DNA of 64,000 bases. Source: an uncultured Candidatus Saccharibacteria bacterium (GTDB lineage Bacteria > Patescibacteriota > Saccharimonadia > Saccharimonadales > UBA7683). Below the pieces are notes generated by a model that saw only the letters and a list, made by a program, of their open reading frames with translations, was not told the origin of the DNA and searched no databases. The position numbers and the translations under genes were made by a program. Location of the stretch: assembly GCA_964632215.1 (NCBI GenBank), contig CAZWBG010000001.1, positions 495,863-559,862 of the forward strand. The letters are read 5' to 3'. Shown here piece by piece: positions 1-8,314 of this stretch (within the stretch, counting starts at the first letter, position 1; every line of letters starts with the position of its first letter).

Positions 1-134
1 GGCCCAGCTGTTTGCGGGTTTGTATCAAGATATGGCTGTGAGGGATTCAGATCACCGTTGGGATCCATACGTAGTTCCTTGTTTATATATGCTTATTGTA
101 GCAAAGTGCTTACGCTTCGCCAAGAGGAGAGAAT

Positions 135-857
135 TTAACCTATTCGATAGTAGTGGGTCGCGATCAACGTTTTGAAAGGTTCCCATACTTGCTTAGCTTT
201 TTTATGGGTTAGAGTACTCAGTTTTACAACAATCAAAATCAACATGCTTAGCCCCGTGCATAGCAGTGCCGTGACAACCTTTACAAGTATGTTCGTACCC
301 GTATCAATAAGTAGAATGAAAGATAGTGTAATCGAAAATAGCACGAGCATAATCATCCATTCATTACTGTAGACCCTGTTATTGAGTTGCATAGTAAAGT
401 TTGTGCGGTTCTGCTGATTCGCCACTAACTTCTCGAGTAGCTTGTCTATGTCATCCTTATCGGGACCTTGGTATTCAATACAGTAACTAATCAATGTTTC
501 GTATTCTTTTTCAGCAAGTTTATGATTATTATTAGTACACTTTTTTAGATAACTAGTGAACATCTGCCTGAGTGTAACCTTAGTTTTTTCTGGCAGTTTT
601 TTAACGAGTAGCATCATGGTGAAGATAGCGTTTGATTCTGTACGCACAATTTTATGCAACTCTTCTATCCTGGCTTTTTGACCAGCCAATATAGGGGATA
701 TGTAAAATCCGTAGAGAAAAGAGTTGACCGAAAAGAGAGTTAATGCCGCACTATCAAACTTGTAGCGTGGAAGTACAAGCAGCAGCAAGAAGTAAAAAAC
801 AAAGAAAATAACGTAATACCAGCTGAGGCGAATTTTTGTTAGTAATATGTTTTTCAT
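135..857 (-). CDS. Integral membrane protein, function unknown (DUF4239-like layout)
   Basis: 240-aa ORF. Two hydrophobic helices at each end (WYYVIFFVFYFLLLLVL, FLYGFYISPILAG ... WMIMLVLFSITLSFILLI, LLCTGLSMLILIVV) flank a charged helical core. Family guess is from memory and was not searched. Confidence 0.5.
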   Translation of the reverse strand: MKNILLTKIRLSWYYVIFFVFYFLLLLVLPRYKFDSAALTLFSVNSFLYGFYISPILAGQKARIEELHKIVRTESNAIFTMMLLVKKLPEKTKVTLRQMFTSYLKKCTNNNHKLAEKEYETLISYCIEYQGPDKDDIDKLLEKLVANQQNRTNFTMQLNNRVYSNEWMIMLVLFSITLSFILLIDTGTNILVKVVTALLCTGLSMLILIVVKLSTLTHKKAKQVWEPFKTLIATHYYRIG

Positions 858-900
858 AGAATCTTAGAAAACCTTATCAGATAAACACAAGCGGCGTCAA

Positions 901-2418
901 CTACTTAGCGTATTCAGTTGCTCGAGTTTCACGAATGACGTTTACCTTAATGGTTCCTGGATACTGCATAGTGCTCTCGATTTTGTTGGCAATATCACGA
1001 GCTAGCTTGATAGCAGTCAGATCATCAACACGTTCAGGTCTGACGATAATTCTTACTTCGCGCCCCGCAGAAATTGCGTACGCTTTGTCTATGCCTTCAA
1101 AACTTGTAGCGACATTTTCTAGCTCACGCATTCGTTCTACAAAGTTTTCAGCAGATATATTACGGGCACCCGGGCGAGCTGCTGAAAGCGCATCGACTAC
1201 CCGCACTACCAGTGCTTCAGGTGTCGTTGCCTCGATATCATCGTGATGGGCTTCTATAGCATGTACAATCTTTTCGCTCATGCCATACTTGCGAGCCATC
1301 TCGGCGCTAATATGATGATGCTTGCCTTCTATCTTGTGGGTCAGAGCCTTGCCGATATCATGAAGCAATGCCGAGACCTTCACAGTCTTCACATCTACGC
1401 CGATCTCCTCAGCAATCACTGCTGCAATATGCGCCATTTCAGTACTATGTTTGAGTACGTTCTGCCCATAACTAGTACGGAATTTTAATTCTCCGAGTAG
1501 TCGCATGAGCTCTTTTGGCACCATACCTACAACACCAACTTCACGAACTGCATCTTCACCTGCTTGGTCGATTTCTTTGTCGATCTGTTTACGAGCTTTT
1601 TCAACAATCTCTTCTACGCGGCCTGGGTGAATTCGACCGTCTTTCATAAGCATCTCAAGCGTTACACGGGCTACTTGGCGGCGAATTGGGTCAAAACTAG
1701 AAAGAATAACCATACCAGGCGTGTCATCTACCAGTATATCTACACCAGTCTCACGCTGCAGCGCCTGAATGTTACGGCCTTCTTTACCAATAATACGGCC
1801 CTTCATTTCTTCGTCGAGCAACTTAACGGCCGTGACAGTCTTTTCAGCTGTTACTTCGCTTGCCATGCGTTCCATAGCCTCCGTGAGCACCACCTGAGCT
1901 CGCACCTCAGCGTCTTCAACTGCATCGCGTTGCAATTTAGCCACAAGGCCTTCAAGGTCTTTTTTGATATCTCGCTCAGTCATCTGCATCAATTTCTCGG
2001 CCGCTTCTTGCTTACTCAGTTTAGCGATCTTCTCAAGTTTTTCTTTAGCACTGGTTCGAATAGCTCGAACTTCGTCTTTTAGTTTCTCTAGTTCATCTTC
2101 TTGGGCTCGTAATTTCTCGCTACGCTTGTCGATATCGTCAAACTTTTTGTCTAAGTTATCTTCGCGACCAAGTAATCTATCTTCTACGTCTTTGAGTTCC
2201 CTGCGACGACTCAGCTCTTCCTTCTTAGCCGCTTCGGCCGTGTCGAGAGCTTCTTTTTTTGCCTCGAGTAGTAATTTATCTGCTTCTTTTTTGGCTTCAG
2301 TCAGCTCTTTTTCAACTTCTGCTGCTACTGAGTGAGCAGTTTTTCTAGTCGCTACCACCGCTCCACCAACACCAATACCAGCACCGACCAGTGCTGCTAA
2401 CACGATAAATAAGATCAT
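901..2418 (-). CDS. rny: Ribonuclease Y
   Basis: N-terminal TM helix ILFIVLAALVGAGIGVGGAVV, Lys/Glu-rich coiled region, KH motif GRIIGKEGRNIQ and HD domain LLHDIGKA...AHHDD. The track ORF starts at 2451. ATG 2418 is preferred because AAAGGA lies 7 nt upstream and it gives a TM-first N-terminus. Confidence 0.9.
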   Translation of the reverse strand: MILFIVLAALVGAGIGVGGAVVATRKTAHSVAAEVEKELTEAKKEADKLLLEAKKEALDTAEAAKKEELSRRRELKDVEDRLLGREDNLDKKFDDIDKRSEKLRAQEDELEKLKDEVRAIRTSAKEKLEKIAKLSKQEAAEKLMQMTERDIKKDLEGLVAKLQRDAVEDAEVRAQVVLTEAMERMASEVTAEKTVTAVKLLDEEMKGRIIGKEGRNIQALQRETGVDILVDDTPGMVILSSFDPIRRQVARVTLEMLMKDGRIHPGRVEEIVEKARKQIDKEIDQAGEDAVREVGVVGMVPKELMRLLGELKFRTSYGQNVLKHSTEMAHIAAVIAEEIGVDVKTVKVSALLHDIGKALTHKIEGKHHHISAEMARKYGMSEKIVHAIEAHHDDIEATTPEALVVRVVDALSAARPGARNISAENFVERMRELENVATSFEGIDKAYAISAGREVRIIVRPERVDDLTAIKLARDIANKIESTMQYPGTIKVNVIRETRATEYAK

Positions 2419-2557
2419 ATCGAATCCTTTCAAAACGCCCAGACACCACATGTTTCATGTATAAAAGAAAAACAGGTTGGTGTCGGGTATATTACGGTAA
2501 TATTTCAGTCAATCTGTAGTCGCTGGGCAACGTACCGACACTATATTTAGTGTACAT

Positions 2558-2592
2558 GAAAAAGCCACTTTCTGGCAATGAAAGTGGCTAAA
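2558..2592 (-). terminator. Rho-independent terminator after the 103-aa surface-protein gene
   Basis: 9-bp stem GCCACTTTC/GAAAGTGGC (2564-2572 / 2580-2588) with a 7-nt loop. A T-run follows on the minus strand, just past the stop at 2611. Confidence 0.6.
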
Positions 2593-2610
2593 ACCATATG
2601 CATTATTTAT

Positions 2611-2922
2611 TTAAAGTGAGTTACGGCTTCTACGAAGCTGAACAACACCAAAGCCGAGAGCGGCTCCTGCAGCACTACCACCCAAGAAGATCAACGTGGC
2701 CAGTGCAACCCGATTACTTTGTGGAGCGACTCCAGTTGCTGGAACACCGGCACCTTTGCCTCCGGTTGTATCAGCCGCAGTTGGTGCTGGAGTAGTGACG
2801 GGTGGCGGAGTCGCGGTTGGACCAACCTCGACAACCCCTTGAGCACCCACTGGTACAGCTACCAAACTGAAAGACATAACTGTTGCTAACGAGAGAACAA
2901 TCCGTGTAATTTTTTGTTTCAT
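2611..2922 (-). CDS. Small secreted Pro/Thr-rich protein with sortase-type C-terminal anchor (VPATG)
   Basis: Signal peptide MKQKITRIVLSLATVMSFSLVAVPVGAQG, PPPVTTPAPT linker, then VPATG + hydrophobic helix + RRSRNSL tail. Confidence 0.6.
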   Translation of the reverse strand: MKQKITRIVLSLATVMSFSLVAVPVGAQGVVEVGPTATPPPVTTPAPTAADTTGGKGAGVPATGVAPQSNRVALATLIFLGGSAAGAALGFGVVQLRRSRNSL

Positions 2923-2996
2923 TTTAATTTCCTATTTTTATATTACTTATGATTATGTAGTATAGCTGCCTTCTAGTACTACTGTCAAGCTCATGC

Positions 2997-4592
2997 TTAT
3001 CTCAGCCGCGCCAATAACTTCCTACTTAGAACAAAACCATACGTGACCACACCTACACCAAGTGCCCCCATAGCCAGCAGCGGTAACTTGGTATTGGCTG
3101 CACCAGTATTGGACCCCCCTGGTAACGAAAACAGCTCAACGTCGTTACCGTCACCACCCTTATAGCTAATTACGAAGTCAACACCATTAATATTCACCAC
3201 AGAACCCTCGGGAAGGTCTTTAAATGTACCTTCAATCGCACCACTACCCGTATTGTTAATAATGATAAATTTATCCCCAGCTCTCGGCTGATAACCTTGT
3301 AACGAGATCAGGTTAAGTGTAGAATCGCCTAACGTAACTGTGCCACTTACGATAAGTTGATCATATTCCGAACAAACAACAGTACCCCCAAGTTCTACTT
3401 CAAATACTGACCCTGTAACTAAATCAACATTCTCAGAAGACGTAAGACATCCAGGACTTGTGCCAGGGGCCAACTTTCCGCCAGCATAAACAGTAATCTT
3501 GCCGACAATACCTGTACCCTTCAATGTCCCACCCTGCAAAATACTTGTCGTACCCCGTATGCCATCAATAATATATGTTTGATTGAATTGAACCACAATA
3601 TTCACATCGGGCTGATCATCGCCAGCGGTTATAACAATCGTCTCAGCTGGAGCTTCGACTGGTCCATTCGGTGTAGCCGAACCATTATTGGAAGAGTTAA
3701 GAGTGAGCGTTCTTGAGCTACCTGAGATAACACCAATTGTGTAGTAGCCACTGATAGCACCAGTAATAATTGTATTTACATCCATCCCAATTTTGACATC
3801 TGTCCCGAGCGTAATACTACCTGCCAATGTTACGGTGTTTGATTCAGGACAAATAGCAGGAGTACAGGGCGTCATCCTTAATATTCCCGTGTCCAAATAG
3901 GTCGAGCCGTTTAGGGTGATTGGCTCGTTAATAGTTGCATTATAATCTGACACATCAAACTCATAAAAACTTAAGCCAGCACCGTTATTAACTATTGTCC
4001 CTGTAGTACTACTTCCAAGACCTGTCGGGGTTTGAACCCGCACCTCTCCAGCGGTAATAGTTAAGCTCCCAGAAAAAGTATTCTCAGCCTCTAAATAAAG
4101 AGTCTCGTCTCCTTCCTTCGTAATATTGCCCGTACCAGAAATCACCCCACCTAGCCGCAATGCCGTGTCTGCCGTCGTTGTGATTGTTTGATTGGCATTT
4201 AATGTAAGTGGTGTGTTGATTCGGTGGAGCGAACCTTCGCCAATCATTGCACCATTGATACCCGCAACAAGCACCATAGAATTCCCGTTAATAATATAGC
4301 GTGAGTTACCCGATGCGGTTCCATTAAAGGTGATTGAGTTGAAAGAAGTCCCAGCCGTAAAGTTATTCTCTATCGTTCTTTTCGAAATATTAGCAGGGAA
4401 CACTAGATCGTCTCCGGCTTGGGGTGCAGAATCTCCTGCCCAGTTTGCTGCGGTATTCATATTGTCGTCACTACCGCCGCCAGTCCAGGTTTTAGCTGCT
4501 GCGAATGTTTCACCAGTACTGAAGAGTGCGACGCCTGCAAAGAGTACGCATACAAAAACCATCAGCTTTAATGACAAGTGGAATTTTTTCAT
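2997..4592 (-). CDS. Large surface protein with autotransporter-associated beta-strand (PATR) repeats and C-terminal anchor
   Basis: 531 aa with a signal peptide. TWTGGGSDDNMNTAANWAGD opening and an ITKEGDETLYLEAENTFSGSLTITAGEVRV PATR-type unit. Gly/Thr/Asn-rich body. C-terminus is GSNTG...hydrophobic helix...RKLLARLR. Confidence 0.7.
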   Translation of the reverse strand: MKKFHLSLKLMVFVCVLFAGVALFSTGETFAAAKTWTGGGSDDNMNTAANWAGDSAPQAGDDLVFPANISKRTIENNFTAGTSFNSITFNGTASGNSRYIINGNSMVLVAGINGAMIGEGSLHRINTPLTLNANQTITTTADTALRLGGVISGTGNITKEGDETLYLEAENTFSGSLTITAGEVRVQTPTGLGSSTTGTIVNNGAGLSFYEFDVSDYNATINEPITLNGSTYLDTGILRMTPCTPAICPESNTVTLAGSITLGTDVKIGMDVNTIITGAISGYYTIGVISGSSRTLTLNSSNNGSATPNGPVEAPAETIVITAGDDQPDVNIVVQFNQTYIIDGIRGTTSILQGGTLKGTGIVGKITVYAGGKLAPGTSPGCLTSSENVDLVTGSVFEVELGGTVVCSEYDQLIVSGTVTLGDSTLNLISLQGYQPRAGDKFIIINNTGSGAIEGTFKDLPEGSVVNINGVDFVISYKGGDGNDVELFSLPGGSNTGAANTKLPLLAMGALGVGVVTYGFVLSRKLLARLR

Positions 4593-4737
4593 TTTATTTA
4601 TTTTCCTTTTTGTTTTTGTGGTGTTGTGGATATAATAACAAACTTCTTATGTTTTGCAAATTAGCTTTTCACAGTCCCTTATCTCTATCTGTTACCACAC
4701 TACCTGTGGTATACCTACGCTATAGGTAGTGTCGGTA

Positions 4738-5127
4738 CTACTTGCGGGGTTTTGTGATGTGCGCCTCAGCACCATACAGAGGCATGACCACTTGAGGACC
4801 CCGTTGCTGAGACAGTTCATGCAGACCTTTTTGCTGCCAATCTTCTCCCTCAGCTCCCACAATAGGAACATCCAGGCTATAAGCCATCGTATTAGCAACC
4901 GTAATACCAATTCTTAAGCCCGTAAATGAGCCTGGGCCCTGATACACAAGCAGACCTGAGATATCCTGAAGGGTTCGCTGATTACACGTCAGGAGCTCTT
5001 CAATCTTCTGTAATAGTGTGATAGAAAGCTCTCTATGAGCCTGCCAAATTAGGCTATCAACCTGAACCGTATTTTCATAGAGGTACAGTTCGGCTTCTGG
5101 CTTATCTGTTCGGAGACAAAGATACAT
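4738..5127 (-). CDS. tsaB: tRNA t6A37 biosynthesis protein TsaB, short form
   Basis: LLVYQGPGSFTGLRIGITVANTMAYSLDVPIVG matches the TsaB/YeaZ N-terminal half. At 129 aa it is about half the usual length, and only about 145 nt of non-coding DNA follow. Confidence 0.7.
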   Translation of the reverse strand: MYLCLRTDKPEAELYLYENTVQVDSLIWQAHRELSITLLQKIEELLTCNQRTLQDISGLLVYQGPGSFTGLRIGITVANTMAYSLDVPIVGAEGEDWQQKGLHELSQQRGPQVVMPLYGAEAHITKPRK

Positions 5128-5141
5128 ATATCTAGTATAGA

Positions 5142-5606
5142 TTACTTTGGTAAATCAGAAAAAAGATAGTTGTAATCAACCGGATAGGTAAAGGTAATCG
5201 TACGCCTTGTTTCATCTTGGGCAGTAATATGTACGGTAATACGGTTTTTTGGTAAAACATCGTGCACGATCTCTCCCCATTCTACTGCCACCACCATCTG
5301 CTCATCTCCCTCAACCTCAGCCAATTCATTCGCTACAATGCCCGCATCTTGCAGGCGATAAAAATCAAAATGATGAAACTGCTTAGTGTCTTCTCGCCCG
5401 TACACATAACTTATCGTAAAAGTCGGGCTCGCAACTGGATCCGGCGAGCCAAAGCCCTTCACTAGTCCACGCACAAAGGTTGTTTTACCACCGCCCAGGT
5501 CACTTTTGAACTCAAACACTTCCCCACCCCTTAACTTCTGGCCTACTTTTTGGGCAAGTTCAACGGTTTGTTCGGGATCTGTGGTGGTATAAGTCACTTC
5601 TTGCAT
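5142..5606 (-). CDS. tsaE: tRNA t6A37 biosynthesis ATPase TsaE
   Basis: 154 aa with FKSDLGGGKTTFVRGL P-loop, SPTFTI and HFDFYRL motifs typical of TsaE/YjeE. Confidence 0.85.
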   Translation of the reverse strand: MQEVTYTTTDPEQTVELAQKVGQKLRGGEVFEFKSDLGGGKTTFVRGLVKGFGSPDPVASPTFTISYVYGREDTKQFHHFDFYRLQDAGIVANELAEVEGDEQMVVAVEWGEIVHDVLPKNRITVHITAQDETRRTITFTYPVDYNYLFSDLPK

Positions 5607-5627
5607 ACCAGCTACTATACTATATCC

Positions 5628-5921
5628 TTATTCGCTGAAGGGGTTTTGTCTGCCCTCTGGTAACTGAGTACCAGGAACTGTCACGTGACTCTCACGCAGG
5701 GCCTGTATCTCCCCTAAGGCTTCTTGATCAAACTGAACTGTCTTAATTTTTGTCGTCTCGTCATCTACATATGCTTGATTGGGTTCCATATTACCCAGCA
5801 TATTCAAACGTATAACAACTGCAATAATAACCAACAGCATACCAATAATCGTCACGAAAGCCTGGTGAACCTTGAAGAATCTTTTAAATTTATATAAAAA
5901 TGCTGTCAATTTTTGTTTCAT
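5628..5921 (-). CDS. Single-pass membrane protein, last gene of the pilMNO block
   Basis: 97 aa with one TM helix (FVTIIGMLLVIIAVVI). Its start shares nt 5921 with the stop of the upstream pilO-like gene. Confidence 0.45.
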   Translation of the reverse strand: MKQKLTAFLYKFKRFFKVHQAFVTIIGMLLVIIAVVIRLNMLGNMEPNQAYVDDETTKIKTVQFDQEALGEIQALRESHVTVPGTQLPEGRQNPFSE

Positions 5922-6520
5922 TATTTCTTCTCCTCGGTTTTTGGCGCCTGGGTGTAGAGATTGATGGAAATTATAACCTCTTGTAGCTTGGAACGATCTT
6001 CGGCGTTCGGTGCCAGAGAGATGTCTACCACTTGCATTCTACGTCGGTTCTCCTCAAGCCTTACTAGAAAATCTAGCAAGTCTTTATAGCTAGCGCCTTC
6101 GGCAAGCTGAATCGTGATAGGCGTAATATTAACCCCTTTTGGAATAGTAGAGGTTGTTGATTTTTTTGTGGTACTAGATGGTTTTGCAGTCTGAGTGACG
6201 TCAAAGGTAATTTTAGCCACGCCCAGATTAGAGCGCTTAGCAAATTGTGACACCTCAGCTATGATGACCGACTGATCTTCGCTAGCTGGTAAAACCTCCG
6301 CTGCAAGCTCATCAACATAACTGAGATCTTGTATTGCTACCTTAGTGCGCTCGTAAATAGTGAGTCGCTTCTGGTCTACTTCAATTTGAGCCTTCAACTG
6401 AGCAGTATCGCTAGCCATAGCTGTGAGGTATTTGTTTGCAAAGAATAGCCCGACAGAAACCGTTATAAACAGCAGTACCAAAAGAATCTTTAAAGTGGTA
6501 TTCATGCGCTTTGGTGTCAT
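5921..6520 (-). CDS. PilO-like pilus assembly protein
   Basis: 199 aa with an N-terminal TM helix and a coiled segment (AQLKAQIEVDQKRL). It sits directly after pilN with a 4-nt overlap. The call rests on layout and position. Confidence 0.55.
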   Translation of the reverse strand: MTPKRMNTTLKILLVLLFITVSVGLFFANKYLTAMASDTAQLKAQIEVDQKRLTIYERTKVAIQDLSYVDELAAEVLPASEDQSVIIAEVSQFAKRSNLGVAKITFDVTQTAKPSSTTKKSTTSTIPKGVNITPITIQLAEGASYKDLLDFLVRLEENRRRMQVVDISLAPNAEDRSKLQEVIISINLYTQAPKTEEKK

Positions 6521-7143
6521 GTTTTTTTCTCCACTTTCGCCTTGGCTGCTCCCTTAAAATACGTCTCTATGACGGCCGTATACGGGTAGGCACTACTCTG
6601 AAGTTTTTCATCAATGGCCGAGGTACTATCGCTACTAACCAGTGTCTTTTCAGTATCATTTCTTGTAATACTCTTGATGTTCGCGCTCTCAAATAGAGAC
6701 GATTGAGCAAGGTTATTTCTGAGTACCGCTGCCTTTTCTTCGGTATCAACCTGAGCGCTAATGACCAATGGGGCCGCTTTGTCACCTATAGAGAACTTGA
6801 GGCCAGTCAGTACCGTGCCCTGCGGCATGAGCCCGCCGATTTGCGTGAGCATTGCTGAAAACCTTATATCTTGAGAGATAAGGTTCGAAATAGTATTAAT
6901 TGATATCGAAAGTCCTTCGGCCCTTGTTTGCACAGGTTCCAATTCTGTTAATTTTTGCTGAGTTAGCTCAAGGTTCGTCCGAGTGTTTTGCTGTTGTTGA
7001 TACAAATAATAATAAGCTCCGACAATAACCGCAGCCAAGATAATCACACCTATACATACGAGTTCGATATAGCGGCGAAGCATTGTATTGCTCCGAGCAA
7101 TGCGCATATCGAGGAGCTTTTTGGGTGGCAAAAGATTAATCAT
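6517..7143 (-). CDS. pilN: Type IV pilus assembly protein PilN
   Basis: MINLLPPKK opening, single TM helix, coiled coil, and a 4-nt overlap with pilM. Confidence 0.75.
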   Translation of the reverse strand: MINLLPPKKLLDMRIARSNTMLRRYIELVCIGVIILAAVIVGAYYYLYQQQQNTRTNLELTQQKLTELEPVQTRAEGLSISINTISNLISQDIRFSAMLTQIGGLMPQGTVLTGLKFSIGDKAAPLVISAQVDTEEKAAVLRNNLAQSSLFESANIKSITRNDTEKTLVSSDSTSAIDEKLQSSAYPYTAVIETYFKGAAKAKVEKKT

Positions 7144-8216
7144 GCACCCACCACATCATCATCTTTAGTAAGCGCTAATCCGGCACAGGTTAAAAACCTA
7201 GGTAGATCTGCATACTCAGGTGGCTCTAGATGAGCAAATGAAATATGCTTGCCCCAAGGTGCAGAAACTCGGGTTGGAATATGAGTTGCGTTTGTAATGT
7301 AATCTCCAAGGCCTGGCATATTTGCACCACCACCTACAATAATAATCTGTGCTACTTCGCTATCTTGCCGTATCCGCTCTTCGTAGAACCGAACGAGGTT
7401 CTGAATCTCAACAACAACCTTGTCTAAGATTGGTGCCACTGCTTGCTGAATGTTCTTTTGACTTGGACCAGCACTCAGACCATGAGATATCTTAAGTCGT
7501 TGGGCTTTGTCTTGTGCGATATGAATTTTTTTAGCGATTGCTTCAGTTAAGCTATTGCCACCCTCGTCCACCGTACCCGTAACGCGCAGTGTAGCATCAA
7601 GAATTCCAACGTCTGTAGAATCGCCCCCTGCATCAAGGATAATATACGGATTGTCGACATTCAGATCTTCGTACATCTTACAAAGCTGAGCGTTTGCCCG
7701 AATATTAGTCTGCACAACCGCTAACTCCAGACCCAGTAGGTCACAAACTGCCGTGTAAGAGTCTATGATATCTCGGGGTGCAGCCTCCATACGTACTATC
7801 GTGTTGTCGGGGTCATCTGTCTCGGTTACTTCGTAGTTATAGTAAATATTTTTTGCGGAAAGTGGCACCGACTGCTCAACCTCTAACTGTACGGCGTTAT
7901 CAAGCTCTTTTTTTGACATTCTCGGCAGTGTTAACACACGCGTAAACACATGCGAAACCGGAACACTCATTACGACACGGTTTGTCATAAGCTCGCCCTG
8001 CAAATGATTTGCCAGTAGATCATCTATCAGCTTTGCAGCCTCAGGTATGTTCGTAATAACGCCATCTTTAACAATGTGTTCATCTGTCGCAATACTACCA
8101 TAACCCTTTACAACCGCCTTCTGGCGATGTGTCTCGAGCTGCATTACTTTGATAGTTTGTGAGCCAATATCTAAGCCAAAAAGTGGTCGTTTATGATAAA
8201 AGAGCTGTGTTTTCAT
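7140..8216 (-). CDS. pilM: Type IV pilus assembly ATPase-fold protein PilM
   Basis: 358 aa with actin-like fold motifs FGLDIGSQTIKVMQL and ILDAGGDSTDVGIL. Confidence 0.85.
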   Translation of the reverse strand: MKTQLFYHKRPLFGLDIGSQTIKVMQLETHRQKAVVKGYGSIATDEHIVKDGVITNIPEAAKLIDDLLANHLQGELMTNRVVMSVPVSHVFTRVLTLPRMSKKELDNAVQLEVEQSVPLSAKNIYYNYEVTETDDPDNTIVRMEAAPRDIIDSYTAVCDLLGLELAVVQTNIRANAQLCKMYEDLNVDNPYIILDAGGDSTDVGILDATLRVTGTVDEGGNSLTEAIAKKIHIAQDKAQRLKISHGLSAGPSQKNIQQAVAPILDKVVVEIQNLVRFYEERIRQDSEVAQIIIVGGGANMPGLGDYITNATHIPTRVSAPWGKHISFAHLEPPEYADLPRFLTCAGLALTKDDDVVGA

Positions 8217-8314
8217 TTTATAGTATTCTATCTATGTATTCCGTCTCTATTGATACTTAGTATAAGCATAACTGGTTTATTGACATGGCGCAAATCTTTA
8301 TTACCAGACTATTG

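Noticed and set aside
1-68. Possible 5-prime end of a minus-strand gene (ATG at 68, AAGGAA upstream; MDPNGDLNPSQPYLDTNPQTAG...)
   Set aside because: Only 22 codons are visible before the window edge, so it cannot be supported.
935-2335. Several 80-170-aa plus-strand ORFs inside rny
   Set aside because: These are shadow ORFs opposite the Lys/Glu-rich coiled region of RNase Y. They translate to Ser/Leu/Phe low-complexity strings.
4692-4917. Two 62-72-aa ORFs overlapping tsaB; checked as a possible frameshifted C-terminal half of TsaB
   Set aside because: The translations show no TsaB-like sequence, and the 145 nt after the tsaB stop cannot encode the missing roughly 100 residues. TsaB is taken as a genuinely short form.
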